Assembly (NCBI GenBank): GCA_963693365.1
Contig: CAVNZM010000008.1
Span: forward strand, 8,994,818 to 9,058,817
DNA: 64,000 nucleotides
From: Amoebidium appalachense
Lineage: Eukaryota > Protista > Ichthyosporea
Direction of reading: 5' to 3'
The notes under the pieces are model-generated. The model did not search any database. It was not told the DNA's origin and was given only the letters and a program-made list of their open reading frames with translations. Both the position numbers and the translations under genes were made by a program. Positions 1 through 11,688 of this stretch are shown one piece after another (the stretch's first letter is position 1; each line of letters opens with the position of its first letter).

Positions 1-208
1 TCTTCAGAAGTCCTGAGGTGAACAAATTATAAAAGTTGAAGTGCGTCGAACAAGGTATGAAGTGTCGACACGGTCCGCGCACCGTACGCGGGTGCCGCAG
101 CGCATCATAGCAGAACACCGTGCTCCAGTGCATTTCATAAACCGTTCTGTGTGTTCCGAGTTTTGCGCGATAGACGTGATTTCTCTTTTTTTCCTATTGG
201 TTCATTAG

Positions 209-249
<41 letters not shown>

Positions 250-445
250 GGGGGGACAGCTTCAGACACATTCAATTCATGCACATGAGCTGTGTACCGA
301 GTGTTTTTTGCCAAACCGAACGAACTTCGAAGCTTGCTCAATCGGATATGCACAAAAACGGCTGATAACCCGGCCAACTAACTACCCCCTCGAGGCTCTC
401 CCACCCGGACCCCCCTCCCCCTTCCTCCTCCCGTCCCCCCGGCCC

Positions 446-489
<44 letters not shown>

Positions 490-1153
490 CCCCACACACA
501 CACACACACACACAGGTTTCTCCACCACCAGCACCCATGCAGCACCCTCCCAAGCTGCGGACGCTAAAAAAAAATTGGAAAATGGCATTTCTTGCTGTGA
601 GTAATAGACAAACTTACCCTCCCCTCCTCACCCGGCCCTCCATGGCCATGGCCAATGGCACCCCTCCCCCTCCCCCCCCCCCCCCCCCCCCCCCTTTTTT
701 TATTATTTTTTTTTTAATCGGATATATCCCCCCCCGCCCCCCTGCCGCCCACTCCATCTATCGACGTCTGCCAACCCACCCGCTCGCCCGCCCGTCCGAG
801 GCTCCCGCCAGTGAAGAAACTCATATTTGGTTAATGAGAATCTCAGTCACGGTATGAATGCATGGATGTGTGCGTGTTTGTGTGTGTGTGGCTGTGTGTG
901 TGCAGGTTGTACTGTACTGTAGCATGTGTCCGTGTGCGTGAGAGGGAACGTGTATCTGCGTGCGTGGGCTTGACACTGTGTGTGTGTGTGTGCACGTGTG
1001 TGCACGTGTGGACGTGTGTGTGTGTGTGTGTTTATGCGTGTGCATGCATATATTTGGTGCGTGCGTGTGTGCGTGTGCGTGTGTGTATGTCTGAGTGTAT
1101 GTGTGTGCCACGAGAGAGAGAGAGAGAGAGAAAGACTCTGAGAGAGAAAGAGA

Positions 1154-1256
<103 letters not shown>

Positions 1257-1440
1257 TCTTGTGTGTGTTTGTATGTGTCCTGAGTGTTGCGTGTCTGTGT
1301 GTGATACTGTGGACGAAGAGCAGGGCAAAGAGGGGCATGTGCAGAAGGCTTGAGGGGGGTGGGGTGGGGGGGGGGGGGGGGGGGAAGGGGGGGCTTCGGA
1401 AGTGCTCAACCATATCACTGACAGCATAAGTACTATAATG

Positions 1441-1517
1441 GAGTGCTGTCGGTGCTTATTGGTGGAATTCTGTCAAATTTTCCTGTTAGGGCCCCCAAGG
1501 GGTTCCTCCGCGGAGAT
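1441..1517 (+). mobile_element. Decayed relic of the non-LTR retrotransposon 3' tail
   Basis: gagtgctgtcggtgct..ggtggaa...agggcccccaaggggttcctccgcggag matches the short copy at 47446-47513 (gagtactgtcggtgctgggtggaa...gagggcccaaggggtccctccggga) and the reverse complement of about 3205-3275. No clear tail or TSD. Confidence 0.55.
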
Positions 1518-1720
1518 ACCACTGGCAGATAAGATAATGAAATTAGTATCAAACAAAGCCTACTATCCCTCTTTCTTTATCCTAGCTCTCTTCTGGAGTG
1601 TCACCTGTTGAAGCGTACTAGTCACCGAGCTGCTCACATGTTCATTCGGTCACTCAATAGTAATATCGAGTCCGCCTCCAGCCCCCCCTGTTCCACCCCT
1701 CTCCCTCTCCCCTCCCCCCC

Positions 1721-1751
<31 letters not shown>

Positions 1752-1980
1752 ACATACACATGTAACACACACACACACCACCCGCGGCCCCTTCACTGCT
1801 TCACTGGGCCCCCACCCCGACCTTAGTTTCAGTTCTTCCATCCCTTTTCCACTTCCAGCGTGCACGCAAGGTGAGCTCGTGCTTAAACGATGGCATCACC
1901 ACTCTCAAATAATCATCACGTTGACACAGCAAGAATGCTCACAAAAACATACCCACGCTCATGCGGGCACACACACACAC

Positions 1981-2082
<102 letters not shown>

Positions 2083-2094
2083 CGCTCTCTCTCG

Positions 2095-2165
<71 letters not shown>

Positions 2166-3170
2166 CCCCCCTCTCTCCCCCCCCCCCCCCCCCCCCCCCC
2201 CTCTCTGTGGCTGTCAGCTCTCTCTCTCTTTCGTCCCCTCCGCCTCCCTCGTCCTCCCCCCCCCCCCCCCCCCCCCCAAACACACACACACACACGGCAC
2301 ATGCATATGTACATACACGCATGTGCCCGTGGCACCGTGCTCTCTTTGACTATTCCAGTATCACACACACGTGCGGCACTGTGACACAACATGCGTGCAG
2401 CTGTGGTACACGTCCACACGTGTACACATGCGTATCGATATCAAACCTCGAGCTCTGTCCGTGCCACGAAAGGGACGTGCACGTGTGTGGAGTACCACGT
2501 ACGTGTTGTTTCTGAAAAACGTGCAGCCTGCAAGCTCCGGCTGGGGGCACAACAGCGGCTGGTCATGAATTCGAATGATTTACCTACTGATATTTGAATT
2601 AGAGAGGTGCGAGGGACCGTGCGAACCGAATGAGATACTTTCAAAACACATGGCGGACCGCGGTGCGTGCCGAACACACACATGCATACCGTATAGGCAG
2701 GGCGGCGATATTGTTCGATGCCGCGAGAGTAGTGAAATATCAAATTTTTTAGGCACTAAAGGATTGTCCGTCGAGGCCAGTTGTGCCATAATTAGTACTG
2801 TTGCTACGTGCAATGGCATATATTGTATACGCCTGTTTGTTTATGAAATACAATCACATGTGGCGACTAAGAACTTGTAGAGTGGCGACTGAGAAACCCG
2901 GCATTGGGGTGGCGCAGAAAAAAATTTACCCCCTTCAACTTCTGATCAATGCACCAATTAGAAAACGGGTTGGCACCTTCTGCACTTCTGTGCATTACAA
3001 ACCAATCAATAACCTTGAAAGCTAGAGCGCGTAGCTCCTGGTTCCGACTCCCGATGCTTCCCGGCCTGCAGGAAGTTTGGAACTTCGTTGACCAGCGAGT
3101 GGCACTGTGACGACACTATATGCGTTCGGTTCTTGGCGTTTATTTTAATTCTGATATGATAGTCAATGAT

Positions 3171-5639
3171 TTTTTATTTTTTTTTTATTTTTTTATTTTA
3201 TCACGTTTTGTTCCCGGAGGCCTTTTCAGGCCCTCTAGGGAAACTACCGTCTACCACACAGCACCGACAGTACACTAGTTAAGGTGCTATCTATGAGTTC
3301 AGCTAAGCTAAACCATCCTTCACAACCTAACTATGAGTACACACTTTGCCCAGGGCTACTACCCCAGCCACGCCGGCAGGAGGCTCCAGTCCTCCCCTCC
3401 ATTCAAAAACCTAGCAATAAACGTTAACCGAGGGCTCTCATTGGTCGATCTACAGTATTGGGAAGTCCTAGGTGTTGTGTATAATATTTACGGTGGGTAT
3501 GGGTGGATGATGGGGTGTGGTGGTGGTGGTGGTGGGGGGTTGCTGCCTAACATTATGTGTTGGTGTACGTATGTTGTGGCGATGTTTTTGTGGACTAAAA
3601 GGTGGGTTTTACAGGGCACACCGGGTCTGTGGGTGTTCCGGCATTCAGAACAGGCCGGCCGGGTGTGTGTGGGGGGTGTATTTGTTGGTTTTTTGGGTTT
3701 TTGGAGAGCCATACTTTTCTTTCTACGGGTGGTGGGTATATGGTGGTGTTTTTGCATTTTAGGGTGGGTGGGGGGGAGTGTTGTGTTCCGTGGGTGCCAA
3801 ATTTTTGCAAAGAAAAAGGATTGCAACTCTACTGTGATTTTTCCTAAGATGGCCCGGGTGGTGGTCTTGGTGGTGCCGGTGGCTGCAAGTAGTGGGCCCA
3901 CCGATCGTGGGCAGAATCCCCGTTCGACCCACTTGGTGTCTTCGGGGTCAGGTGGGTCACCGTTGCCTCCTATCCAGTTTATCCATGCACATTGGTCTAC
4001 CACCGTGGCTGCCGTATGGTGGTGCTGTGCCGTGGGGGTGTTTGGATGACGAGTGTGCAGGACGTTGTGGATGCAGGCTGTGATGGCGGTGGTCAGGGTG
4101 GGGACTTCCCCGGCATGGGCCGGGCAGGCCCAGAGGTGGGTGGTGGTCTCAGGGTGCTGGCTGCACCGGGGGCATGTGGGCTGTGTAACGACGGTGGGGT
4201 GATCTCGGTGTAGCCGTGCCATGGTAGGCAGGGTGCCCATGGCCAGGGACAGGCTACGAGTGTTTCCTCTGACTGCCCCGATGGTTGCCTGTGTGGGCCC
4301 CTTGTTGAGCTTGAGGGGGTTCCGTTCGGCTGGGAGCAGTCTGGGGTCGGCTAGTATGGACATAGCCTTGGTCTTGCCGGCCATGTCGGTGAGGAAGTCC
4401 TTGTTCAACCGGTTCAGTGTACCGGGAATGTTGCCGGGGATACGGTGGCCTTGTAGTCGTAGGAAGTATTTCCCCCCCCCCCGGGGCCGGAGGTAGGGGG
4501 GGGGGGAGGGGGAGGACTCTTCCTGCATTGGCTGCCTTGTCTGCCTCGTTATTCCGTTGACCGTACCGTTTGGTGTTGGATTGGTGCCCCTTCACCCACG
4601 ATACCTGTACAGAGCCTGGTTGCCGGAGAGAGAGTTGGTCTCGTACGTGAGCCCATTCCACTATGTGGGGGAACTTTAGCTTGCGTCGAGGGGGTGTGGT
4701 GGGGTCTATATTTGCCGTCCATCGGTCGACTACTCCGAGGTTATCGAGCTTGATGTGGATGGGGGTGGTGGTGGGGGTGAGCAGGAGGGCTAGTAGTACC
4801 CCTGTGAGTTCGGCTTGGGTGGATGATAGGGCCGTATGGAGCCTGGTCTTGGCCGTCACTGGAGGTGCTTTCCGGTCCGGGGTGTCCAGTGCCGCCCCGG
4901 CTCCGGCCTGGGCTATCCTCCTGCCCGGGTGGATGAGGCTGCCGTCCGTATAAACGGTGATCGGTTGGTCTGGGGGGATCAGGGTGATTTGCTGCTGCCA
5001 CTCGTCATAGGTGGCCTGGGGCACCAAGTCGGTGTAGGTGAGCCTACGGGGAGTGGGTGGGCTCGGCAGGTCAGCCGGGTGGGCCGTGCACTTGTGTCCT
5101 GGTGGTGACCCTACCGGTGGTGGCTGCTGGGGGGGGGGTGGGCCGGGGAGGTCCCCCGGTAAGGGTGTGGCTTCCTCGTTGGCTTGCAGGTGGAGCATCT
5201 GGGGTGATGCCTGTTGGTGGGGGGGAAGATGCCGCCGGAAATGGTGTATCTTCCTCCACTGCTCGGCCGGATCGGAGCCATCCTTCAGTGCGATGACTTG
5301 GTAGATGTCGATACTGTCGGTGTTGATGAAGTCCTTGTGGTACTTCGGGACTACCATGTGGGTGGTGATTCGGGTCTTGAAGGCCACGTAGGGGTCTGCC
5401 CGTATCACCTCCACAGCACGGGTCCACCCCACACACTGCTTGTTGTGGGTGTGATTATCGGCTGGGGGCTCAGGGGGCTCGTATTTGCTGTTGGTGCTGT
5501 CGGTGTTAGAGTCCTCTGAGTCGTCGGAGTCGTCGCTGGGCCCCGTCGACTCCGATTCTGGCTCCGTGTCTAACCCTTCCCCCTCTCCGTCTGCGTACCC
5601 GGGGTTGGGGGAGAGGGTGGCCGGGGTGTAGGCTAGGTT
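3171..5639 (-). mobile_element. 5'-truncated non-LTR retrotransposon (LINE) with RNase H and C-terminal zinc finger
   Basis: Perfect 14-bp direct repeat tgatagtcaatgat at 3157-3170 and 5640-5653 (TSD). A-rich tail on the minus strand at 3171-3200. The internal frame encodes RNase H and a CCHC motif and is open up to the truncation point. No RT domain is retained. Confidence 0.9.
3488..5638 (-). pseudogene. C-terminal part of LINE polyprotein (RNase HI + CX2C..H..C finger), 5'-truncated, one frameshift
   Basis: ORF 4254-5432 has RNase H motifs VYTDGS, AELTGVLLAL, IKLDN, WVKGH, NNEADKAA. ORF 3488-4528 continues with GTLPT...CPRC..PETTTHLWAC and CSECRNTHRPGVPC. The frames join by removing one base in the C/G runs at about 4472-4512. 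Confidence 0.85.
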
Positions 5640-6422
5640 TGATAGTCAATGATAGCCAAATATGTTTTATATTTAAAAATAGTATTTCTGTTATGTTCAA
5701 TGGCCTGTTATTGTTGACGACGCCGCCTCCCTAGGTACGTACACGGCCCAAGTTCAACAGTCAGGCTGGTTGTGAGCCCGGGGCTCGGGCGTTTTTTGTA
5801 TTTGGGCAAAATCCGAGAATTTCGATCGTCGACCCCCGGCTCACGTTCGTATTTACTAGGGGGGGGAGGGGGGGATGTGCTGTTTACTAATTGAATGCCT
5901 CTTTTTCATAGTAATTGGGGGGTCCTCAGAAAATACTACGTGAAATTTTTGAGTCGTAATACAAACGTTCAACTCGGATCACCTACATGTCGCAATCAGC
6001 TGGAAGCTTCGCGCCTTTGCCTGCCGCGCAGGCCCGCAGGTGTATCCTGAAGTTGATACATTGTGATCCACATTTCCATTTCCATGCAGTTTTCAGTGAT
6101 CAAAAAACATCATCGATCGGAATGGCATTCCGAAGCATTAGTATTGTAGTTCACTTGCAATGCAAACACACGCCTTGGCTAGCGCTGATACTTCATTTCT
6201 GTTTGCGCTGTACATGTATGCTGTATTATAACAAGGTGTGCTTTCTCTAATGAAACAAAGGAAACTGCTAGGAATGAGAAAATGCCACTGGAGTTCAACA
6301 CGTCAGCTCTGGATGTATGTATGAGCAATCGAGATATTTGTTCAGGGCCTGGTCAAATGCCTGAAACGATATCGATGTTCACTTCAACCCAGTGCAACCT
6401 TTGTACAGTTTCCCACCGGTAC

Positions 6423-6637
6423 CAGGCTGTAAAATTAGGGGGTTATGGCCACGATGATCCCTGAAACTCCGAAAAATGTCCCAAACTTTTTGAGGTTAGG
6501 CCCACCAATTATTTCAACCAGTGGCTCTACCACAGACACTTGAACAAAAAAATTCTTCTTAAAAATGTTGGTGGCTCTACCGTAGTGACTAGGGCCGTGC
6601 TAAAATGGCACCAGCCAAAAACGAATTTTACACCCCG
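6423..6637 (-). mobile_element. ~215-bp hAT-like MITE, copy A (inverted relative to copy B)
   Basis: Ends caggctgtaaaatt ... aattttacaccccg. Its reverse complement aligns with 6761-6983. Direct repeat gtttcccacc at 6408-6417 and 6637-6646. Confidence 0.6.
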
Positions 6638-6760
6638 TTTCCCACCTATGTTAGTGAAGTGCCGCTCGTACCTACAAAGATAAGACTTATCTACGGAGGC
6701 TTTCTGATTGGCCCAGAGCACATCCGGAGGTTCGGTAAGTTTGGAAGTTCGTCCCGACTG

Positions 6761-6983
6761 CAGGGTGTGAAATTCGTTTTGGCTGGCTCCATTTTGGCTA
6801 TTTTTCACCTGTCTGGATGAGCCTAATAGAGCCGCCAGCCGTATTTAGCTGGTATTTTTTAATATTTTTGGCTGTGGTAGAGCTACTGGTTGGAAAATTA
6901 GTCAATATAACCTAAAAAGCTAGGGACTGTTTTCGGCGTTTCTAGGACATGTTCTGTAGGCCATATTGTAACTTCACACCCTG
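6761..6983 (+). mobile_element. 223-bp hAT-like MITE, copy B
   Basis: Perfect 11-bp TIR cagggtgtgaa ... ttcacaccctg, no ORF. The 8-bp flanks cccgactg/cacggcag match only 5/8. Confidence 0.65.
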
Positions 6984-8149
6984 CACGGCAGAGAAAGGGG
7001 TAATAAAAAAAAACGGCTCACTATGTAGATCTGACGAACTTAAGCTTAGATGTCGACAGTCACGCGGTCGTGGCAGGCTTTATTACGGCCACTACCGTGC
7101 CTTTCTTAGCTCAGCCATTTTTCGATAACGGAGTTTTGAATCCTACCTTTCTCTGTTTTTTTTTTTTCTTACTGAAAACGTTTTCTTCTTTCACACAACA
7201 GGTTTCGTGATAATTGTATACCAAGTACAACCGGCGTTGGATCAACGCTGAGTCACGTCGAGTACTACAACTGGAACACTCATTTTGAAGAACTGAAGAG
7301 TAAGTAAGAGCTAGGAGCTTATTATCCCTGGTTATACGCGGCTTTGCAGCTCCTTGAAAAGTTCTTCCCATATTAAAAGCCACCCGCATGACTGTGCAAC
7401 CATTTTTTCAGGAGAGAAAAAAAAAAAAAAAAAAAAAACGTTTTAGGTGGTACTGTGACGACTTTGAAGTGAACCTCAAGCTAAAGCGTTCCTGCGTTTT
7501 GAAAACTGGCCGAGGAATGCACAAGAAAGAAAACTGCAATATTAGTAAAGTAATCATCTATCTAGTGTAGCTACAAGAAACTACAAAATTGATGGCAAAA
7601 ATCATTGAAAAACTAGTGTTAGGCTTTCGTGAAACGGGAAACAATTGTGCACACCCTATTGCCGCGGTTCTGCAGGCCTAATAAATACACACGCACATAC
7701 TGTATGTATTGGCGTGTTGCCCTACGTAGGGTCGCGGTACCACAAACATACACGCATACATCAATAGACACACACATTAATAATATATTTTACGTGTGGG
7801 ATGGGTACCATCTAACAGGAGTGTTCCTTAAAAGCCGTCTGGCGGCATGAAGCAAGGTGTTAAAAAAAAAAATCAATGAAAAGTGTGCCACATACACATA
7901 CATGCACCCACATACACACACGCACAGCGCTTGCACTCACACACATGCGCAAACATACACACACGCACATGTGCGCACACACACACACACACACATACAA
8001 CACACACACACAGAGAGACCCGTCATGTTTACGGCGCACGCATGCGCTCACTCGATCTTGCATCATATAATGTGAGCAGAAAACCAACACGCATACAAAC
8101 CTATCCACTTCTAGATTCTCCTCCCCCCCTCCCCACCCTCCCCCCCCCC

Positions 8150-8180
<31 letters not shown>

Positions 8181-8675
8181 ACACGCCAACAACAGTAACA
8201 ACAGCAATACACATGTGCACACCCGCCGCATGGGTGGCGTTGAGCAGTGTCACACACACACACACACACACACACCGACACACACACACACACACACTGA
8301 GACTGGCCTGCACATGATGGTTGCACGAACAAAACCAGTGCACATGGCAAAGAACACACCACACTCTATAACATTTCACTTATGTGGTGGACATAGATAT
8401 TCCGTGCACGCTCAAAAACAAACACAAAATAATCTAGGCAAATGATATCTAATCCACATTAGGGACACACAGTCTTGCTCCTGATCTGTTTTTTATTTTA
8501 CATTTTTGGTGTTTTCTTACTGACCTTCTTCAAACAGGTAAACCCCCAGGAGTCTTGAAGACATACCACCAGCAACACCGTGGTCCTCCATCGCCAGAGT
8601 AACATAATAACTTTTGCGGAGTTTGGGCAAATTTTCCTAGACTCGGTTTTCAGCATCCAACGTAAGCAAACAAAA

Positions 8676-9612
8676 ATGCTGCTCATTTCTCTGATACTCT
8701 GCGTTTTTGGGTTGCAACACACCCACGCCACCTCCCGCCGTCGCTGGCACGATGGCTTGCCCGACCACATCGTCAACCACCCGAAAATGCGCCGGTCCGC
8801 AAATTCGGACGACGCAATTCCGGGAGAGTTTATCATTGGTGTGCGTCGCGGGAAGACCAAGGACGTTCTCGATGTCATACAAGAGTTTATTGACGAGGGA
8901 ATCGGTACGGTGGGAGGCACGTATAAGTCAAGCTCCACTATACAATTTACCGTCCCACGGAGCGAATTTCGGTTACTGAGTAACGGAGTATCACAGGCTC
9001 TTAGTTCGGTGATGAGCGATCCCGACGTCGATTACGTCGAACCGAATCAGAAGTTCAACGCGTTTGCGTACGGGTGGGGCATCGGTCGCATAGACAAACG
9101 CACCAATCGGTCGGTTGAGATAAATCATAACTTGGCGGCGGTGGACCTGGGGATAACGGGAGAGGGGGTGGATGTGTTTGTTGTTGACACGGGTGTAGAA
9201 CTTTCGCACCAGGAGTTTGGCGGGCGTGCAGTGAATACGTTTTCGGCGTTCGGGAAGGATGCAACGGACAAGCAGGGCCATGGGACTCACTGTGCGGGGA
9301 CGATTGCTGGAAAGACTTACGGTATTGCACCGAAGGCAACTATACATGCTGTGAAGGTGGGTGTCCTAAATCCTAGAAGGCAACTATACATGCTGTGAAG
9401 GTGGGTGTCCTAAATCCTGCTTCATTAATAACCGTAACATACTCCGTTTCCTCTTCACGTCTTGCTCTTTGTTTTTACCTCCTGCCCCAGCCCGGACAAG
9501 TTGAAAAACCATTCCTCAATTTTGAGATTAGGCAATCACACCACGCACGCGGAGTGGTCATGAAGAAACTCTCCTCCCCCCCTCCCCCCCCCCCCCCCCC
9601 CCTCCCGACACA

Positions 9613-9645
<33 letters not shown>

Positions 9646-10093
9646 GTTTGTAAAACACACACACAGCGTGGCACACACATCCACCACTCTCCATTAACTA
9701 GGTAGTAAGAAAATAAAAAATCCTCATCGATTGACAATATATCTTAATGAGCCAGACCCTCAATTGAGTCAGATCCATAGTAGCAACCATCAAAGATTTA
9801 ACGACTAAACATGACGTATGCCATACGTGCAGGTTCTGGACGACAATGGTGGGGGGAGCACAGCCACCATCATTGCTGGTCTTGACGCCATTGTGCCCAT
9901 GAAGAAGAAGGACCGCCCGGCCCTGGTGTCCATGTCGTTGGGCGGGGGTCTGTCTCGGGCCGTGGACGATGCCGTGACAAATTTGCTCGACGCTGGGTTT
10001 GTGGTGGTGGCAGCGGCTGGAAACGAGGGGGGTTGATGGGTGTCAGGTGTGTTGTCCTTCCAAATATCTTAAGTTATGTATGTGTGTGTTTAT

Positions 10094-10136
<43 letters not shown>

Positions 10137-11183
10137 CGCATGGGACGTGAAGTTTGCCAATCATGAAGGAGGGGTCGAGGGGGGGGGGGGGGGGGGGGGG
10201 GGGGAAGTTGGCACTCAGAAAGGAAGCAAGCACGGAAAAGATAAAGAACAAAAGGAAGGTAGAAAACGAGCACTTTAATTCATACTTAGCCCGGGTTTGG
10301 TTTGTTAACACAACCCACACAGGTATCCCCTGGGGCTAACCGCAACGTAATCAACGTCGGTGCGTCGAACGAGAACGACGAAATGTCTTCGTATTCAAAC
10401 TACGGCGCATGTGTGGACATCATCGCACCGGGAGACGACATTGTTAGTGCGGGGTTAAACAACAAAATGGGCGACGTAAAATCCGGGACAAGCATGGCGG
10501 CGCCGCACGTTTCCGGTGCTGTCGCTCTCTATCTTTCCAAATTTCCGAACGCAAAACCGGAGGAAGTGATGTACGCGCTACTTTTCGCGTCGTCGAAAAA
10601 TCTGATCAAGATCCCCTCCGACAAACCGCGCACAGCAAACAGGCTCGTATACGCAAACCCTAAAGGGTATATTAGCCCCTCGGCCGTTAACAACATCGAA
10701 ATCGAAGGGACGGATGCCGCCAACCAGATCAATACCAAACCGACAATCACGATTAGCCCGTCGGCTACCCCTGGGCCTAACGGTGGAAACAATACCCAGT
10801 TTGACATGGTTTTCCCGGCTTGCATGACGGGGGATAAATGCGAAATTGTTGAAGGGAAAGCCGATATGGAGACGATCGAAACTGTGACCGTGACCGTTCC
10901 GCCTAATCAAAGGAAGCGGATTATTGCCTTTTTGGACGGCCCGGCGGGCACCTCTCTTGTTCTGTCGCAGGGGAAGCCGACGGTGGAAAAGGGAAGCTCC
11001 CGCGTGTTTGTGAGATATACAGTTATGAAAATGCAACCTTCGGAAGTTAGTAAGATAGTTCAAATTTCCAGGTGTGTCCCTCCCGGGAGATACCGCTTCG
11101 CCGTATTGGTCAACTCTGTCGAATCCCTGAATATGGATTTGAAGATGTGGGTTCAGAAGGTTGCATTTTCAGAAAACTGCTGA
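8676..11183 (+). CDS. Secreted subtilisin-like serine protease (S8, proteinase K/aqualysin type) with propeptide and PPC-like C-terminal domain; 3 exons
   Basis: Exons 8676-9356, 9833-10046, 10323-11183 (GT-AG). Signal peptide MLLISLILCVFGLQHTHA and I9-like propeptide (VDYVEPNQ). Catalytic motifs VVDTG, HGTHCAG, AAGN, SGTSMAAPHVSG. One extra G in the run at 10027-10032 must be removed to read GNEGVDGCQ|VSPG. Confidence 0.93.
9332..9418 (+). repeat. Perfect 43-bp direct repeat (44-bp period) spanning exon 1 end and splice donor
   Basis: gaaggcaactatacatgctgtgaaggtgggtgtcctaaatcct at 9332-9374 and 9376-9418. Confidence 0.95.
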
Positions 11184-11556
11184 TTCAACCTATTAATGCG
11201 CATTGCATTGTCTATGTACTATACTATCGCGTGTATTGTACTTATGATTCATTTTATAAAACATAATGAAATGGGATGTGCTAATGTATGTGGTAAGACT
11301 ATGTATGTGCCCGTTATGATATATTTCTTCGGAGATGTACGTGATCTCCGAAGGGGGGGGGGGGGGGGGGGGGGGGATGGATGTATAATTCTAAAACGGG
11401 GTATGGAGGAGGGCTCGAATTATGGGCGAGCCAGACCCTTTGGGATAAAAAACGTATACTATCCTTATCAATTAGCAATAAGCAGTTATTCCATTGTATT
11501 AGATGTACATATGCCAATATTCAAGTAGTACGTTTTATTTCATTGTTAATCTTTTG

Positions 11557-11688
11557 TTTTGCTGATTATGCCACAGTGTAAAACTAATTTAACTTGGCAA
11601 CCTGTATTGCATTTTATTTCATTCTTAATATAATTATGTTTTGCTGATTATGCCATAATGTAAAACTAACTTTGATTTGGCAATCTGT
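11557..11688. repeat. Diverged tandem duplication (82-bp period) downstream of the protease
   Basis: ttttgctgattatgcca..tgtaaaactaa..ttggcaa.ctgt at about 11557-11605 and 11639-11688. Confidence 0.8.

Noticed and set aside
4472-4512. Programmed ribosomal frameshift in the LINE ORF
   Set aside because: It falls in G/C homopolymers with the same +1 direction as three other frameshifts in the window; assembly error or slippage mutation is simpler.
5726-7530. Additional weak inverted repeats (5726-5869, ~7100-7530; also ~15580-15780, 23846-24036, 62230-62340)
   Set aside because: Only short patchy complementarity with no defined termini or TSD; probably old MITEs but not supportable individually.
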